Assembly (NCBI GenBank): GCA_024648695.1
Contig: JACAVV010000006.1
Span: 164,458 to 228,457, forward strand
Length of the DNA: 64,000 nt
DNA from: Nitrospina sp.
GTDB taxonomy: Bacteria; Nitrospinota; Nitrospinia; Nitrospinales; JACRGP01
Direction of reading: 5' to 3'
The notes beneath the pieces are model-generated. The model did no database searches. It saw nothing but the letters and a program-made list of their open reading frames with translations, and was not told where the DNA came from. Shown here one piece after another: positions 50,914 to 60,971 of the stretch. The stretch's first letter is position 1; each line of letters begins with the position of its first letter. Position numbers and translations under genes: made by a program.

Positions 50914-51459
50914 ATGCTCACTGAATTTCCAAAAGTAAAAAAGTTGGCCGCAAAAATCGGTTCCCAGAAAAAAATCATTGATACTGCGTACTCCCTGGGT
51001 TGCGTCAACGCGAAAATTATCCTGACAAGAACGATTTCTCTGGGTCGATGGGTGAAACTGCACTGCCAGTATGGTTGCCAGTATTACGGCACCCGTTATA
51101 CCTGTCCACCCTGTACGCCGAACGCAGATGAAATGTCTGAGATTCTTCTGGACTACCAAAAGGCGCTTTTGATCCAGGCTCCCGAAGGAAAACAGGTTAG
51201 GGAGATTGTGGTTTCGTTGGAGGATTACCTGAAAAAAGAAGGCTATTATAAGGCCTTCGGTTTATGTGCCACGCCATGTGATTTATGCGAAGTGTGCACG
51301 CTCGATACCCAATGCAAATATCCGGAAAAGGCCCGCCCTACCCTGCAAGCCTGCGGTATCGACGTTTCCCAGACCATGGCCATCAACGGTTGGGAAAACG
51401 TTTCTCCTATCGAACCCTGCTCCGATTCCCATTCCATCGGACTGGTCCTGATACACTAA
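50914..51459 (+). CDS. DUF2284-like Cys-rich metal-binding protein
   Basis: CQYGCQYYG..YTCPP, C.LCE.C, CKYPEKARP.LQACGIDV. Confidence 0.85.
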   Translation: MLTEFPKVKKLAAKIGSQKKIIDTAYSLGCVNAKIILTRTISLGRWVKLHCQYGCQYYGTRYTCPPCTPNADEMSEILLDYQKALLIQAPEGKQVREIVVSLEDYLKKEGYYKAFGLCATPCDLCEVCTLDTQCKYPEKARPTLQACGIDVSQTMAINGWENVSPIEPCSDSHSIGLVLIH

Positions 51460-51486
51460 TTTATTTTTTCCAAAATTGAATAAGGT

Positions 51487-52662
51487 ATGACTATGGCTTA
51501 CCGCTACGCCGTCATGGGCGCAGGCCGACAAGGTATTTCTTCGGCTTATGATCTGGGACGCTTTGGCTCCGCAGATGATATCATGATCATGGATATCGAT
51601 GAAGAGGCCGCAAGGCATGGTGCCGAACGAATCAATCAACTGCTTTCCAATAATATAGCCCGAAGCGTTTGTGTCGATGCCAGCGATTTGCCTTCTGTAA
51701 AAAAACACCTGCAAGGGGTGCATTCGACGGTCAGCGCCGTTCCATACTTCTTTAACCTGGAATTGACGCAGGTGGCGATTGAAGTGGGATCCAATTTTTG
51801 TGACCTGGGCGGAAACACGCAAATCGTTCGCGATCAACTCAAATTAAACAACCCGGCGAAAGAGGCCAATATCAGCATCACCCCCGATTGTGGTCTGGGA
51901 CCGGGACTGAACGTATCCATGGCCGTCCACGCTATGGATTTTCTGGACCAGCCCGAGGAAGTGTTTATCTGGGACGGCGGACTTCCGCAGAACCCGATCC
52001 CTCCCTGGAACTATCAACTGACCTTTCACATTAACGGCCTCACAAATGAATATTTTGGCGACGCCTTTTTCCTGAGAAATTGGAAAGTCAGCCCCATACC
52101 CGGATTAACCGAGCTGGAAACTCTAAGTTTCCCCGATCCGCTGGGCCAGCTCGAAGCGGCGGTCACCACAGGCGGACTGTCCACTGCTCCGTGGACCTTC
52201 GAAGGAAAATTAAAAACACTGGAAAACAAAACCCTGCGCTATCCCGGTCACTGGAAAACCTTTCAGGCCTACAAGGAACTGGGACTGTTCGAAGAAAAAC
52301 CGATTCCGGTTAACGGACAGGATGTAGCGCCCCGAGACTTGTTCCACACCTTGCTGGAACCAAAAATCCGTGCTGAACGGATCAGGGACATCTGCATCAT
52401 CCGCGTCGAATGTAGAGGACTCAAAGACAATAATCCTGCAGTATGCACCCTCGACCTGATAGAAACCTATGACGAAACCACAGGTTTCACAGCCATGGAA
52501 AAACTCACCGGTTGGCACGCTTCAATCATAGCCATCCTGGGGGCAAAAGGCCAACTTCCGAAAGGTGCCGTCCCCGTCGAATTGGCACTACCTGGCCATC
52601 TGCTCCAAAATGAAGCCAATCTCCGAAACTGGCAGATAAAAAATCAATTCAGCTGGCATTAA
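51487..52662 (+). CDS. Saccharopine dehydrogenase family (lysine 6-dehydrogenase-like)
   Basis: GAGRQG Rossmann motif, SAVPYFFN, DLGGN, DCGLGPG, GGLP, KTLRYPGH. Confidence 0.9.
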   Translation: MTMAYRYAVMGAGRQGISSAYDLGRFGSADDIMIMDIDEEAARHGAERINQLLSNNIARSVCVDASDLPSVKKHLQGVHSTVSAVPYFFNLELTQVAIEVGSNFCDLGGNTQIVRDQLKLNNPAKEANISITPDCGLGPGLNVSMAVHAMDFLDQPEEVFIWDGGLPQNPIPPWNYQLTFHINGLTNEYFGDAFFLRNWKVSPIPGLTELETLSFPDPLGQLEAAVTTGGLSTAPWTFEGKLKTLENKTLRYPGHWKTFQAYKELGLFEEKPIPVNGQDVAPRDLFHTLLEPKIRAERIRDICIIRVECRGLKDNNPAVCTLDLIETYDETTGFTAMEKLTGWHASIIAILGAKGQLPKGAVPVELALPGHLLQNEANLRNWQIKNQFSWH

Positions 52663-53626
52663 CTTTATCCATATTTAATGAAAAATCCACAATCACTGGA
52701 TAGTGGTCGGAATCTACATTGGGGCCAATATTGCGCGCATGGATGTTAATGTCTTTTGTAACGAAACAATGGTCCAGGGGAATCCAGAATAAGGGCATGG
52801 AAGTGGGCCATGAGGGTTGAATGCCAATCCCTTTTTGCGAATCGTTCAATCCGGTTTTGGCGATGAAATCCTGGAAGTAAGGTGACCACGGGGTCAGGTT
52901 AAAATCGCCCATCACCATTTTTGTTCCTTTGGTGGATATTATTAGATTGGCCAGGTCCTCCAGACCGTCGTTGCGGTCTTTTGAAAAGGCGGCGTTGAAT
53001 GGGGGTTTCAGGTGAGTGCCTATCAGGGACAAGGTGTGACCATTCAGATCCAGTCTTGCCACTAATACCGGAATGTCGCCATTCATCGTGAAGACATCCA
53101 CTTTTTTTAACGGGATTTTGCTAAACACACCGATGCCGAATGCGTCTTCCCGCGCAAATGTTTTGAAATAAGGATACCGGGAAAACACCTGACCCGCCTT
53201 TCGCACCCAGAAGGGACTTAACTCTTCCAACATGATGACATCGGGTCGCGCAGAATCCACAAGTTTATGTACTTTATCGAAAGCCAGATTGGCCACATTC
53301 AGGTTGAGGTTCATGGCCCTGAAAACTGCACCAGTTTTTGAGATGGCGGTTTGGCTGGAATAGTAGGGCAGAATCAGCCACAGGTTCAACATGGCCACGA
53401 GGATAAAAAAAACCGAACTGCGGCGGCGTTTTCCCCAGAACCCGACCAATGCCCCCAACCCTAAAAGCAAAAAATACTGCGGTCTGAAATGGCTGGCGAT
53501 ATCGAAGACCCACCAGCTTTTTCCGAAGAACCCCATTAGGGTCAGAGCCACGAGGAATAGTTGCAACCCTATTAGAAGCCTCCATAGAAATGAAAGCCGA
53601 ATTTCTAACTGGAAAGGTTTGGTCAA
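52649..53626 (-). CDS. Membrane-anchored endonuclease/exonuclease/phosphatase family protein
   Basis: Three N-terminal TMs with HFRPQY; EE, GDFNLTPWS, LDH and SDHYP catalytic motifs. Confidence 0.92.
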   Translation of the reverse strand: MTKPFQLEIRLSFLWRLLIGLQLFLVALTLMGFFGKSWWVFDIASHFRPQYFLLLGLGALVGFWGKRRRSSVFFILVAMLNLWLILPYYSSQTAISKTGAVFRAMNLNLNVANLAFDKVHKLVDSARPDVIMLEELSPFWVRKAGQVFSRYPYFKTFAREDAFGIGVFSKIPLKKVDVFTMNGDIPVLVARLDLNGHTLSLIGTHLKPPFNAAFSKDRNDGLEDLANLIISTKGTKMVMGDFNLTPWSPYFQDFIAKTGLNDSQKGIGIQPSWPTSMPLFWIPLDHCFVTKDINIHARNIGPNVDSDHYPVIVDFSLNMDKVNAS

Positions 53627-54846
53627 GAGGATATGCTTACGATTTCATGGAGTTCTTTGAGGTCTTTGCCGTTGATGCCCAGGAAGTACAGAATCAGTTG
53701 CAAATTGGAGATATTAATACTGGCTCGGGCGTGTTTCTGGACAATGGGTTTGGCGTTGAAGGCGATGCCGAGTCCGGCCTGCGCCAACATATGGATATCA
53801 TTGGCACCGTCCCCAACGGCCACTACCTGGCGCACCGACAGGCCCTCTTTTCGGGCCAGGTCTTTTAAGATGCGTTCTTTACCCTTGGCATCAATGATCT
53901 CGCCGGTGACTTCACCGGTCAATTTGCCATTTTCAATTTTAAGCTGGTTAGCAAAGCCGTAATTCAATCGATACCTGCGTTTCAATCGGTCAATGAAAAA
54001 CTGGAATCCACCGCTGACAATGGCAACCTTATAACCCAGGTGATGCAGAATACGCACCAGGTCTTCGGCCCCAGGCGTGAGCGGAATGCGCTTCGACAAT
54101 TGATTCAATTTGCTAACGGGTAATCCTTTTAACAAAGCGACGCGTTTCTTCAAAGCTGTTTTGAAATTGATCTCCCCGGCCATGGCCTTTTCGGTGAGGG
54201 CCACCATCTTCTCCTCCACGCCAGCGAGTTTTCCCATTTCATCGATCACCTCGCATTGCAAAAAAGTCTTGTCGGCATCCAGCACAATCAGGCGTTTATT
54301 GCGGCGGAACAGGGTGTCCTCCTGCACGGCAATATCCACTTGATGAGTTTCTTTGAAGCGGACCATTTCGTTCAACACATCCAGGACCGGCATGAGCTTG
54401 CGCGTGCCGATAACCAACTCAATTACATGATATGTGCTGTAATCCAGTTGCTCTATGCGAAGGATATTGATATCGAGGGAAGCGAATGTACGGGTGATTT
54501 CCAAAAGTGCAGGTGCATCGATTCGCCAACCCACCAGGGTGATGACATGGCGGTGTTTGTATTCGATTTCCACCTCGGCCAGGGAGTCGCCAGAGTAGAC
54601 ATTGAATTTTGACCCTGACGCACGGCCATATTCAGCCAGACTTTCTTTGAGGGGTTTCAGGGAATTGGATTCCGGACCTTCAAGCAGTAAAGACAGGTTC
54701 AAAAGTCCGTTAAACACGAACTGTTTGATATCCATAACATTCCACTGCAGTGGAATCATACGCTCGATAATTTCGGCTAAAATTCCTGGTTGGTCGTCAC
54801 CTGAAACGTGAACGTGAGCCAGACGGTTTCCTGAGGAAGGTATCAT
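53623..54846 (-). CDS. serB: Phosphoserine phosphatase with tandem ACT domains
   Basis: SGDDQPGI ACT domain, RRNKRLIVLDADKT, EVIDE, VSGGF, GDGAND; start set at the ATG at 54846. Confidence 0.93.
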   Translation of the reverse strand: MIPSSGNRLAHVHVSGDDQPGILAEIIERMIPLQWNVMDIKQFVFNGLLNLSLLLEGPESNSLKPLKESLAEYGRASGSKFNVYSGDSLAEVEIEYKHRHVITLVGWRIDAPALLEITRTFASLDINILRIEQLDYSTYHVIELVIGTRKLMPVLDVLNEMVRFKETHQVDIAVQEDTLFRRNKRLIVLDADKTFLQCEVIDEMGKLAGVEEKMVALTEKAMAGEINFKTALKKRVALLKGLPVSKLNQLSKRIPLTPGAEDLVRILHHLGYKVAIVSGGFQFFIDRLKRRYRLNYGFANQLKIENGKLTGEVTGEIIDAKGKERILKDLARKEGLSVRQVVAVGDGANDIHMLAQAGLGIAFNAKPIVQKHARASINISNLQLILYFLGINGKDLKELHEIVSISS

Positions 54847-54851
54847 CACTC

Positions 54852-55310
54852 TTAATCTCGCGGCTTGTACCGCCACCCTTCCCTTTTTTTACAGGACCAG
54901 CCGTCGTGGACCTGAAACGTTTGCAATCCCTCAAGTGTTTCGGAATTGAACAGAGCCAGAAGCCCGTGGCCCTCAATGGGGTTGTCCTTCAAATGCAGGC
55001 GTTTCAGTTTTTTCAAATAGGGCGATTTAGACAGCGCGAAGAGTCCCTTGTCTGTCACTCCGTTCTTGTTCAAGTTCAAGTACTGAACATTTTCCAAGAG
55101 GGCGCAGGCGGCTAAATTCTCGACACCCTCATCGCCAAGATTGTTATCATCCATATCGAGCCAGGACACTTCTTGCAGGCGCGGACTGCTCCAAAGCAGG
55201 CGTGCTTCTTCCGGTTCCAGGTCCAGTCCCGAGACCATTAACTGATTGCCGCGAATACGGCCTTTAAAAATGAGTTCCACATCATCAAATTTTTGCCTTA
55301 CTGACATCAA
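54852..55310 (-). CDS. Short RI-like LRR protein
   Basis: About three 28-aa repeats (LDMDDNNLGDEG, LNLNKNGVTDKG, LHLKDNPIEG). Confidence 0.8.
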   Translation of the reverse strand: MMSVRQKFDDVELIFKGRIRGNQLMVSGLDLEPEEARLLWSSPRLQEVSWLDMDDNNLGDEGVENLAACALLENVQYLNLNKNGVTDKGLFALSKSPYLKKLKRLHLKDNPIEGHGLLALFNSETLEGLQTFQVHDGWSCKKREGWRYKPRD

Positions 55311-55377
55311 ACACGTTCCTTTACCTGGTTATAAGATTGCTTTTTATCAAATAATAAAGAAGATCAATTTAGTACCA

Positions 55378-56673
55378 TTAGGATTTCCGGTCAAGCCTCC
55401 ATTTTTCCGGAAGGTATTGAACGCCCTCCATTTCATCCGGCAAATAATTTTGTTCAACATAATTTCCCGGATAATCGTGAGGGTATTTATAATCGACTCC
55501 ATATCCGTATTTTTTGGCATCCCGGTAATGCGCGTCTTTCAAGTGATCTGGGACCGGAAAAGACAATCCCTTTTGTTCGATATCACCCATAGCCTTGTCG
55601 ATAGCCGAGACTGCCGTATTGTCCTTGGGCGCGCGGGCCACATACAGCACGGCCTGCGACAAGGGAATCCTGGCTTCGGGCAATCCCAGATAATCAACGG
55701 CCTGGGCGGCGGCCATGGCAATCACCAGCGCCTGGGGATCAGCCAGGCCAACATCTTCCGCGGCACAAACGACCAAGCGGCGCACAATAAACCTGGGATC
55801 CTCTCCCCCAGCCAGCATTTTGGCAAGCCAGTAAATGGAGGCATCCGGATCCGATCCCCGTAGGCTTTTTTGAAAGGCGGAAGCATGATCGTAATGTTCC
55901 GTACCGCCCTTTTCGTACAGCACAGCAGACTTCTGAATCACACTCCGGACTCGGTCCACACTGATTTCAGCAGAATCCCCGGTTTCCTCCATCGCGAGAA
56001 AGCAGGACGCTTCCAAAACGTTCAGCGCCCTTCGCGCATCGCCGTTGGCAAAATGAATGATTAAGTTAAAAGCGTCTTCGGATATCGTCACAGGAAATTC
56101 AGCCAGTCCAGCGGCGGAATCCGCCAGCGCTCTGTCCATGATCGCACGAATGGATTCGGCGGATAAATAATTCAACCGAAAAATCTGGCACCGTGACCGA
56201 AGTGCCGGAATCACTTCCAGAGACGGGTTTTCTGTGGTGGAGCCCACTAGCCGGAGGGTTCCGTTTTCGATGTCCGGTAAAATAGCATCTTGCTGAGCTT
56301 TGTTGAAGCGGTGAATTTCATCGATAAACAAGACACTGCGTTTTCCAAGTGATTTCAAGTTTTTTCGGGCAGAACTGATCACCTTCCTTATATCAGCAAC
56401 CCCGGAACTGACGGCGCTGATTTCGAAAAAGGCACTTTGTGTGACACGAGCAAGTATCTGCGCCAGCGTAGTTTTACCCGAACCAGGCGGACCCCACAAT
56501 ATGAAGGAGATTCCGGAATCATGCTCAATCAGTTTCCGCAGAGCCGCGTCCTTCCCCAACAGGTGATCCTGGCCCAGGAAATTCTCAAAACTCCTGGGGC
56601 GCATGCGGTCAGCCAAAGGGGCTTTGTTTGCGGGAACTGACTTTTCTTCTTTAAATTCGGGAAACAGTTCCAT
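55378..56673 (-). CDS. rarA: Replication-associated recombination protein A (MgsA)
   Basis: PLADRMRP, WGPPGSGKTT, DEIHRFNKAQQD, TTENP, KSLRGSDPD, YKYPHD. Confidence 0.97.
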   Translation of the reverse strand: MELFPEFKEEKSVPANKAPLADRMRPRSFENFLGQDHLLGKDAALRKLIEHDSGISFILWGPPGSGKTTLAQILARVTQSAFFEISAVSSGVADIRKVISSARKNLKSLGKRSVLFIDEIHRFNKAQQDAILPDIENGTLRLVGSTTENPSLEVIPALRSRCQIFRLNYLSAESIRAIMDRALADSAAGLAEFPVTISEDAFNLIIHFANGDARRALNVLEASCFLAMEETGDSAEISVDRVRSVIQKSAVLYEKGGTEHYDHASAFQKSLRGSDPDASIYWLAKMLAGGEDPRFIVRRLVVCAAEDVGLADPQALVIAMAAAQAVDYLGLPEARIPLSQAVLYVARAPKDNTAVSAIDKAMGDIEQKGLSFPVPDHLKDAHYRDAKKYGYGVDYKYPHDYPGNYVEQNYLPDEMEGVQYLPEKWRLDRKS

Positions 56674-58365
56674 TTATAAATCCATTGTTTGAAGCTTGCG
56701 CACACCGCGTCGAAACGGCACAACCGTAACAAATACGGTGAGCAGGATTATGAGTCCATAAGAAACAGGAACTCCGAAGCCGCCTATATTTTTCAAAAGA
56801 AACCGTTGTGTGAAATGGACATGCATTGGATAAGCAGTCAATACCAGAACCGAGCCAACATAAATCAAACTTTGTATCATAAAAATGATTCCGCCGGTGC
56901 TGGTAGAAATCTCCGGAACATTTTCATGATCGAACATAGGGTACATTGCGCCTAACCCGGTCCCCAAACCGACAAGACCGGTAGTGATGAGAAATATACC
57001 AATCACCGATACGGTCATAACGTAAGGGTCCACCTGCAAAATCCAGTTGGACACCACAACCAGCAATTCGGAAAGAAATAAAAGAGGAGGAAAATACAAC
57101 AGGAATTTTCCTATTAGAAATTTCTTCATATCCATCGGGGAGGAATATACGGCCCAGAACTTTTTACCCTCGGCACTTGTGGATGCAAATACAAAACGGG
57201 AAATTAAAGCGGCTAAAACAAACCCCACTAATCCGATATTCAACACCGAAACCACGTTTTTCAAAACGAGATTTTTTAAAGGCAAATTCAAAATATTAAA
57301 TATATATACAACCACCAAAGCAAACAGAATGAACAACTGGCTCCATTGCGACGGATCCCTGAAAAATATTTTCACATCCTTGGTAAGCAACGCACGAAAC
57401 GCCGGGGACAAAGGCAGGCGCGATTGCCAGGACCTTCGATTTTTGGAGATGGTAGGTTTGTTCACGGGAGCGGTCTTAATTTCCTGATAATGGCACCAAC
57501 TCAAATAATAAATTCTATTGCTGATGAAGGCAAATATTCCCAAAAGTGACAGGGACGCGGTCCATAACCAGGCTTCCTGGATGAGCCCCTTTTTCCAATG
57601 TCCTTCAATCCACTGGTTAAGCCCTATGGTGATCCAACTACTTGGCAAAAATTCGTAATCGGGTACCTTCAAACTGTCCACAAAAGCCATGATCATTTCA
57701 TCGGACACCTGTTTGTCAAAAAACTTTTCCGGAGATAAAAACCGCAAATACACCACGATCCCGATAAGAAATAATAAACTTAAAATAGAAAGGATCTGGT
57801 GCGCCTTTTTCGTTGGAAAATAACGCATCAAAGCCATGATTCCCAGGGACCCCAAAACGCAGGGAATAAGCACGAAGGGAAGCAGGCTGGTTATCAGGTA
57901 CAAATAGTAACTAAAGGTCACATCAAAATAAATTCCATAGGCGATGAACATTGGTAATGAAAATAAAAATACCATCCAGCAACTTTGAACACAATTCTGC
58001 CAGAATTTAACCGTAATGATCGCCTGTTCATGCATTGGAAGGGAATGAAGAAAGTCCAGATCACTGGACATATAGAATATCGAAAGGGAAGAGATCAGGC
58101 TGGAAAACAATACCATGATAAAAATAGTCAGAAAAACCACATTCAACATCTGAACGATCAATTCTTCACCGACCTGCAAAGGCAATTCGTCCAGATAGCG
58201 AATTACACGGAAAAAGAAAACGTAGTCTCCAAAAAGGAACAATCCTCCGAGAAAAAGAATGAGCACCCAACGCAAAATTTTATCAAGATTCGGACGCAAA
58301 AAATAATTGCTGGCCGATTTCCTGCGAACTTCAAACAAGGACTGTATATGGCTAAAGGTAGTCAT
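56674..58365 (-). CDS. Putative ABC-2-type exporter permease
   Basis: 563 aa with ~14 TMs; S.DL.FL.SLP, KD.K.F.RDP.QWSQ, EG..FW...SSP. Confidence 0.8.
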   Translation of the reverse strand: MTTFSHIQSLFEVRRKSASNYFLRPNLDKILRWVLILFLGGLFLFGDYVFFFRVIRYLDELPLQVGEELIVQMLNVVFLTIFIMVLFSSLISSLSIFYMSSDLDFLHSLPMHEQAIITVKFWQNCVQSCWMVFLFSLPMFIAYGIYFDVTFSYYLYLITSLLPFVLIPCVLGSLGIMALMRYFPTKKAHQILSILSLLFLIGIVVYLRFLSPEKFFDKQVSDEMIMAFVDSLKVPDYEFLPSSWITIGLNQWIEGHWKKGLIQEAWLWTASLSLLGIFAFISNRIYYLSWCHYQEIKTAPVNKPTISKNRRSWQSRLPLSPAFRALLTKDVKIFFRDPSQWSQLFILFALVVVYIFNILNLPLKNLVLKNVVSVLNIGLVGFVLAALISRFVFASTSAEGKKFWAVYSSPMDMKKFLIGKFLLYFPPLLFLSELLVVVSNWILQVDPYVMTVSVIGIFLITTGLVGLGTGLGAMYPMFDHENVPEISTSTGGIIFMIQSLIYVGSVLVLTAYPMHVHFTQRFLLKNIGGFGVPVSYGLIILLTVFVTVVPFRRGVRKLQTMDL

Positions 58366-59408
58366 TTTACCTCTTCCAAGTCATCTTCACTCTCCCAAAA
58401 AGTCTTTGCCCATTCCAGAATGGCGTAATCCATCCAGCGGTGGTCACCTAAAGGCGTGGGATTTTTCGATATAAACCCCATGTGCCCGCCGTGGTTGGTG
58501 GCCATATAGCTAAGAGACAAACTCATCTCAGTGCTTTCAAACACTTCGGGTGGGATAAAAGGATCGTCCCGCGAACATAAAATCATCGTCGGTGTTTGAA
58601 TGAATCGCAACAGGCGCTTGGCGCTACAACGTTCGTAGTAATCATCCACTGAAGCAAATCCTGCGGCCTGGGCGGTGTACTCACAATCAAATTCATAAAT
58701 GGTTTTGCAGGGCCCCTTTGGACTCAATGTATCCGGAAAACATTCCGCCATTGCTTCGGCTTGACGATTGATCAAATCCATATAATATTTATTAAATATG
58801 CTGGAGAATTTACCGGTGGATAGAGCCAGGCTCGACACTTTTAAATCGATCGAAGGACTCACAGCATAAGCCCCGGCAATTTCCCTGGGTAAATTCCTAC
58901 CCTCCCCCAGATATTTTAACAGTATGTTCCCGCTAAGGGAAAATCCTAATAGAAGCAGGGGGCGGGATGGATACATTGCAACGATAAATTGGACAACAAA
59001 TTCCAGGTCGTCGCTTGACCCTCCGTTCCAAAGTCTTGAACTCATGCCGATTCCCGGACCGCTTCCCCTTTGATTCATCATAAACACCGCGAATCCATAA
59101 TCATCCAGCTTTTTTGCAATCCGGCGCATGTAGCCCGATTCGGTACACCCTCCCATACCATGAGTCATTAAAACGATGGGTGAATCACTGTCCGCTTCCA
59201 GTTCATAAACAATAAGGCAGGATTGGGAATCAATCTGCACTTTATGAGTCTTTCGGTCCTTCAGTTCCATGGAGCCGGGGAATTTGGACCCCAATATGGT
59301 TTGCGCCACACCGCCTTTTATCATTGGATGGCAAATGAATCGGTCAAAATTTGTCTTTATAGTGGGTGTCAAAATATGGTCTAATCCTGGCTTTGATAAA
59401 ATTAACAA
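58362..59408 (-). CDS. YheT-like alpha/beta hydrolase
   Basis: HGMGG, GFSLSGN nucleophile elbow, FD...TA...GF....YY, DDPF, GGHMGF; start uncertain. Confidence 0.9.
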   Translation of the reverse strand: MLILSKPGLDHILTPTIKTNFDRFICHPMIKGGVAQTILGSKFPGSMELKDRKTHKVQIDSQSCLIVYELEADSDSPIVLMTHGMGGCTESGYMRRIAKKLDDYGFAVFMMNQRGSGPGIGMSSRLWNGGSSDDLEFVVQFIVAMYPSRPLLLLGFSLSGNILLKYLGEGRNLPREIAGAYAVSPSIDLKVSSLALSTGKFSSIFNKYYMDLINRQAEAMAECFPDTLSPKGPCKTIYEFDCEYTAQAAGFASVDDYYERCSAKRLLRFIQTPTMILCSRDDPFIPPEVFESTEMSLSLSYMATNHGGHMGFISKNPTPLGDHRWMDYAILEWAKTFWESEDDLEEVK

Positions 59409-59600
59409 GAATAATCCAAACTTTTTAAGATCCTAAATATTATCCCATGGCAAAAAGCCAGGGCGTAACGTGTTCTGATAACCCCCCATCAAATTCTCTG
59501 GGCAAGCTTCATTCTTACCCTATAAGGCCCATTGACTCAAATTTGATGTATTGTTAAATTATACTATCTTTTAAACCTGAAACCCTGAAATGGAATCAAG

Positions 59601-60965
59601 ATGCAGGCTGGCAAATTAAAATTTAGAAAATACACCTTTGTTCAAATTCTGGTAATTATATTCATTCTTATAATAGGGTCCCCCTATACGGTAATGGCCA
59701 AAACGCCGGACCCCTATCGATTGGGACTCGCCCATATAAAAAATAGACAGTGGGAAAAAGCCATTGAGGAGTTCAATAAAGCTTTAGAGGCTAACCCCGA
59801 TCATGCGCTGACCTGGGCGAATCTTGGAGTTTCCCTGAGCCAGTCAGACAAACACAAGGAAGCCCTGCTCGCCTACGAAAAAGCGCTGGAATTAGGATAC
59901 AGCAACGCCCTGTTTCATTACAACCGGGGTTTGTCCTTTGCCAAGGTGAACTTGCTGGAAGAGGCGGAACAGGAAATGGTTGCCGCATTGAAAGAAAACC
60001 CCAGGCTTCCCAGGGCCGATTTTGATCTGGGAATCATTTACAAATTGCAAGGCCAATGGGAAAAAGCGTTTGCCCAGGTAAAAAAACTATACCCCAGAAA
60101 CGAGAAGCTGGCCTACAGTTTGTTCGAACAACTTCCCCCAAGCTATAAAATCGTCACCATTGATCAGGGTGGCTACCTTACCGGAACTGTAAGTCTAAAG
60201 GGCAAATCGCCTCGTGCGCGTTCATTTCATTTAATCCATGCTCCCAATATTGAATTTTGCTCCCGCATATCAGACGGAAAAGGCCACAGGCTCTTGTTTG
60301 ATTTTACCGTCTCGGATGACAACAAACTCAAAGACACCGTGGTTGCTCTTTTGAATGTACCCAAGGGCAAGCCGTTTCCTTACTCTCAGAAAATGCAGGC
60401 CTTTCAAATCGACCGGTGCCGTGCCAATCAATACGTCATGGGTATTAATAACGGAGAGAAAGTTCTGATTGAAAATTTTGATCCGATCAAACATGAAATT
60501 GTTACTTACGAGATCAATGCCAAACGCCACGTGCAACAAAAAAGCAATAAATCTGTTGTGGCCGAAACGTCCCAGATCCGTACTGCTTTCATTCACCCGG
60601 ACTCCAAAGAGTTTTTGATCAAGTGTAATCTGCATCCTTTTCTGCAAACCCGTGCAGTAATGGTAGACAATCCCTATTACGCGATCACCGACGAAAATGG
60701 TAAATTCGAGATCAAGGACATTCCACCGGGAACCTATGAAGTGATGGCCTGGCATCCTTTCATTCCGACTCAATACGGAAAAGTTACCATCAATCCAATC
60801 GGAACCGCTGAAATCGATTTTGAATTTGATTCGAAAAATATCAAAAGGAAACTGTATCACGATGACCTGGAAGGCTACCGTTTTCAACCCTGGTACGACA
60901 GTTTTGAAAACTTTTATGGTGGCCCGCGGGTGGATGATCCTGTAGAGATCCTGCAAAAGTTCTAG
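59601..60965 (+). CDS. Exported TPR protein with carboxypeptidase-regulatory-like / cupredoxin-like C-terminal region
   Basis: Signal/TM, ~4 TPRs, G.LTGTV, N.DPIKH, KCNLHPFL, NPYYAITDENGKF.I.DIPPGTY....WHP. Confidence 0.82.
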   Translation: MQAGKLKFRKYTFVQILVIIFILIIGSPYTVMAKTPDPYRLGLAHIKNRQWEKAIEEFNKALEANPDHALTWANLGVSLSQSDKHKEALLAYEKALELGYSNALFHYNRGLSFAKVNLLEEAEQEMVAALKENPRLPRADFDLGIIYKLQGQWEKAFAQVKKLYPRNEKLAYSLFEQLPPSYKIVTIDQGGYLTGTVSLKGKSPRARSFHLIHAPNIEFCSRISDGKGHRLLFDFTVSDDNKLKDTVVALLNVPKGKPFPYSQKMQAFQIDRCRANQYVMGINNGEKVLIENFDPIKHEIVTYEINAKRHVQQKSNKSVVAETSQIRTAFIHPDSKEFLIKCNLHPFLQTRAVMVDNPYYAITDENGKFEIKDIPPGTYEVMAWHPFIPTQYGKVTINPIGTAEIDFEFDSKNIKRKLYHDDLEGYRFQPWYDSFENFYGGPRVDDPVEILQKF

Positions 60966-60971
60966 CCGACT

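Noticed and set aside
55246-55863. 205-aa ORF antisense to rarA, and similar long antisense ORFs at 8079-8810, 15164-15907, 23880-24548, 27910-28494 and 60270-60956
   Set aside because: They lie opposite well-supported genes and show no motifs; these are shadow ORFs.
59532-59559. dif-like site (..TATTGTTAAAT)
   Set aside because: The XerD arm is only partial and the XerC arm does not match; better explained as a TTGACT-17-TAAATT promoter.
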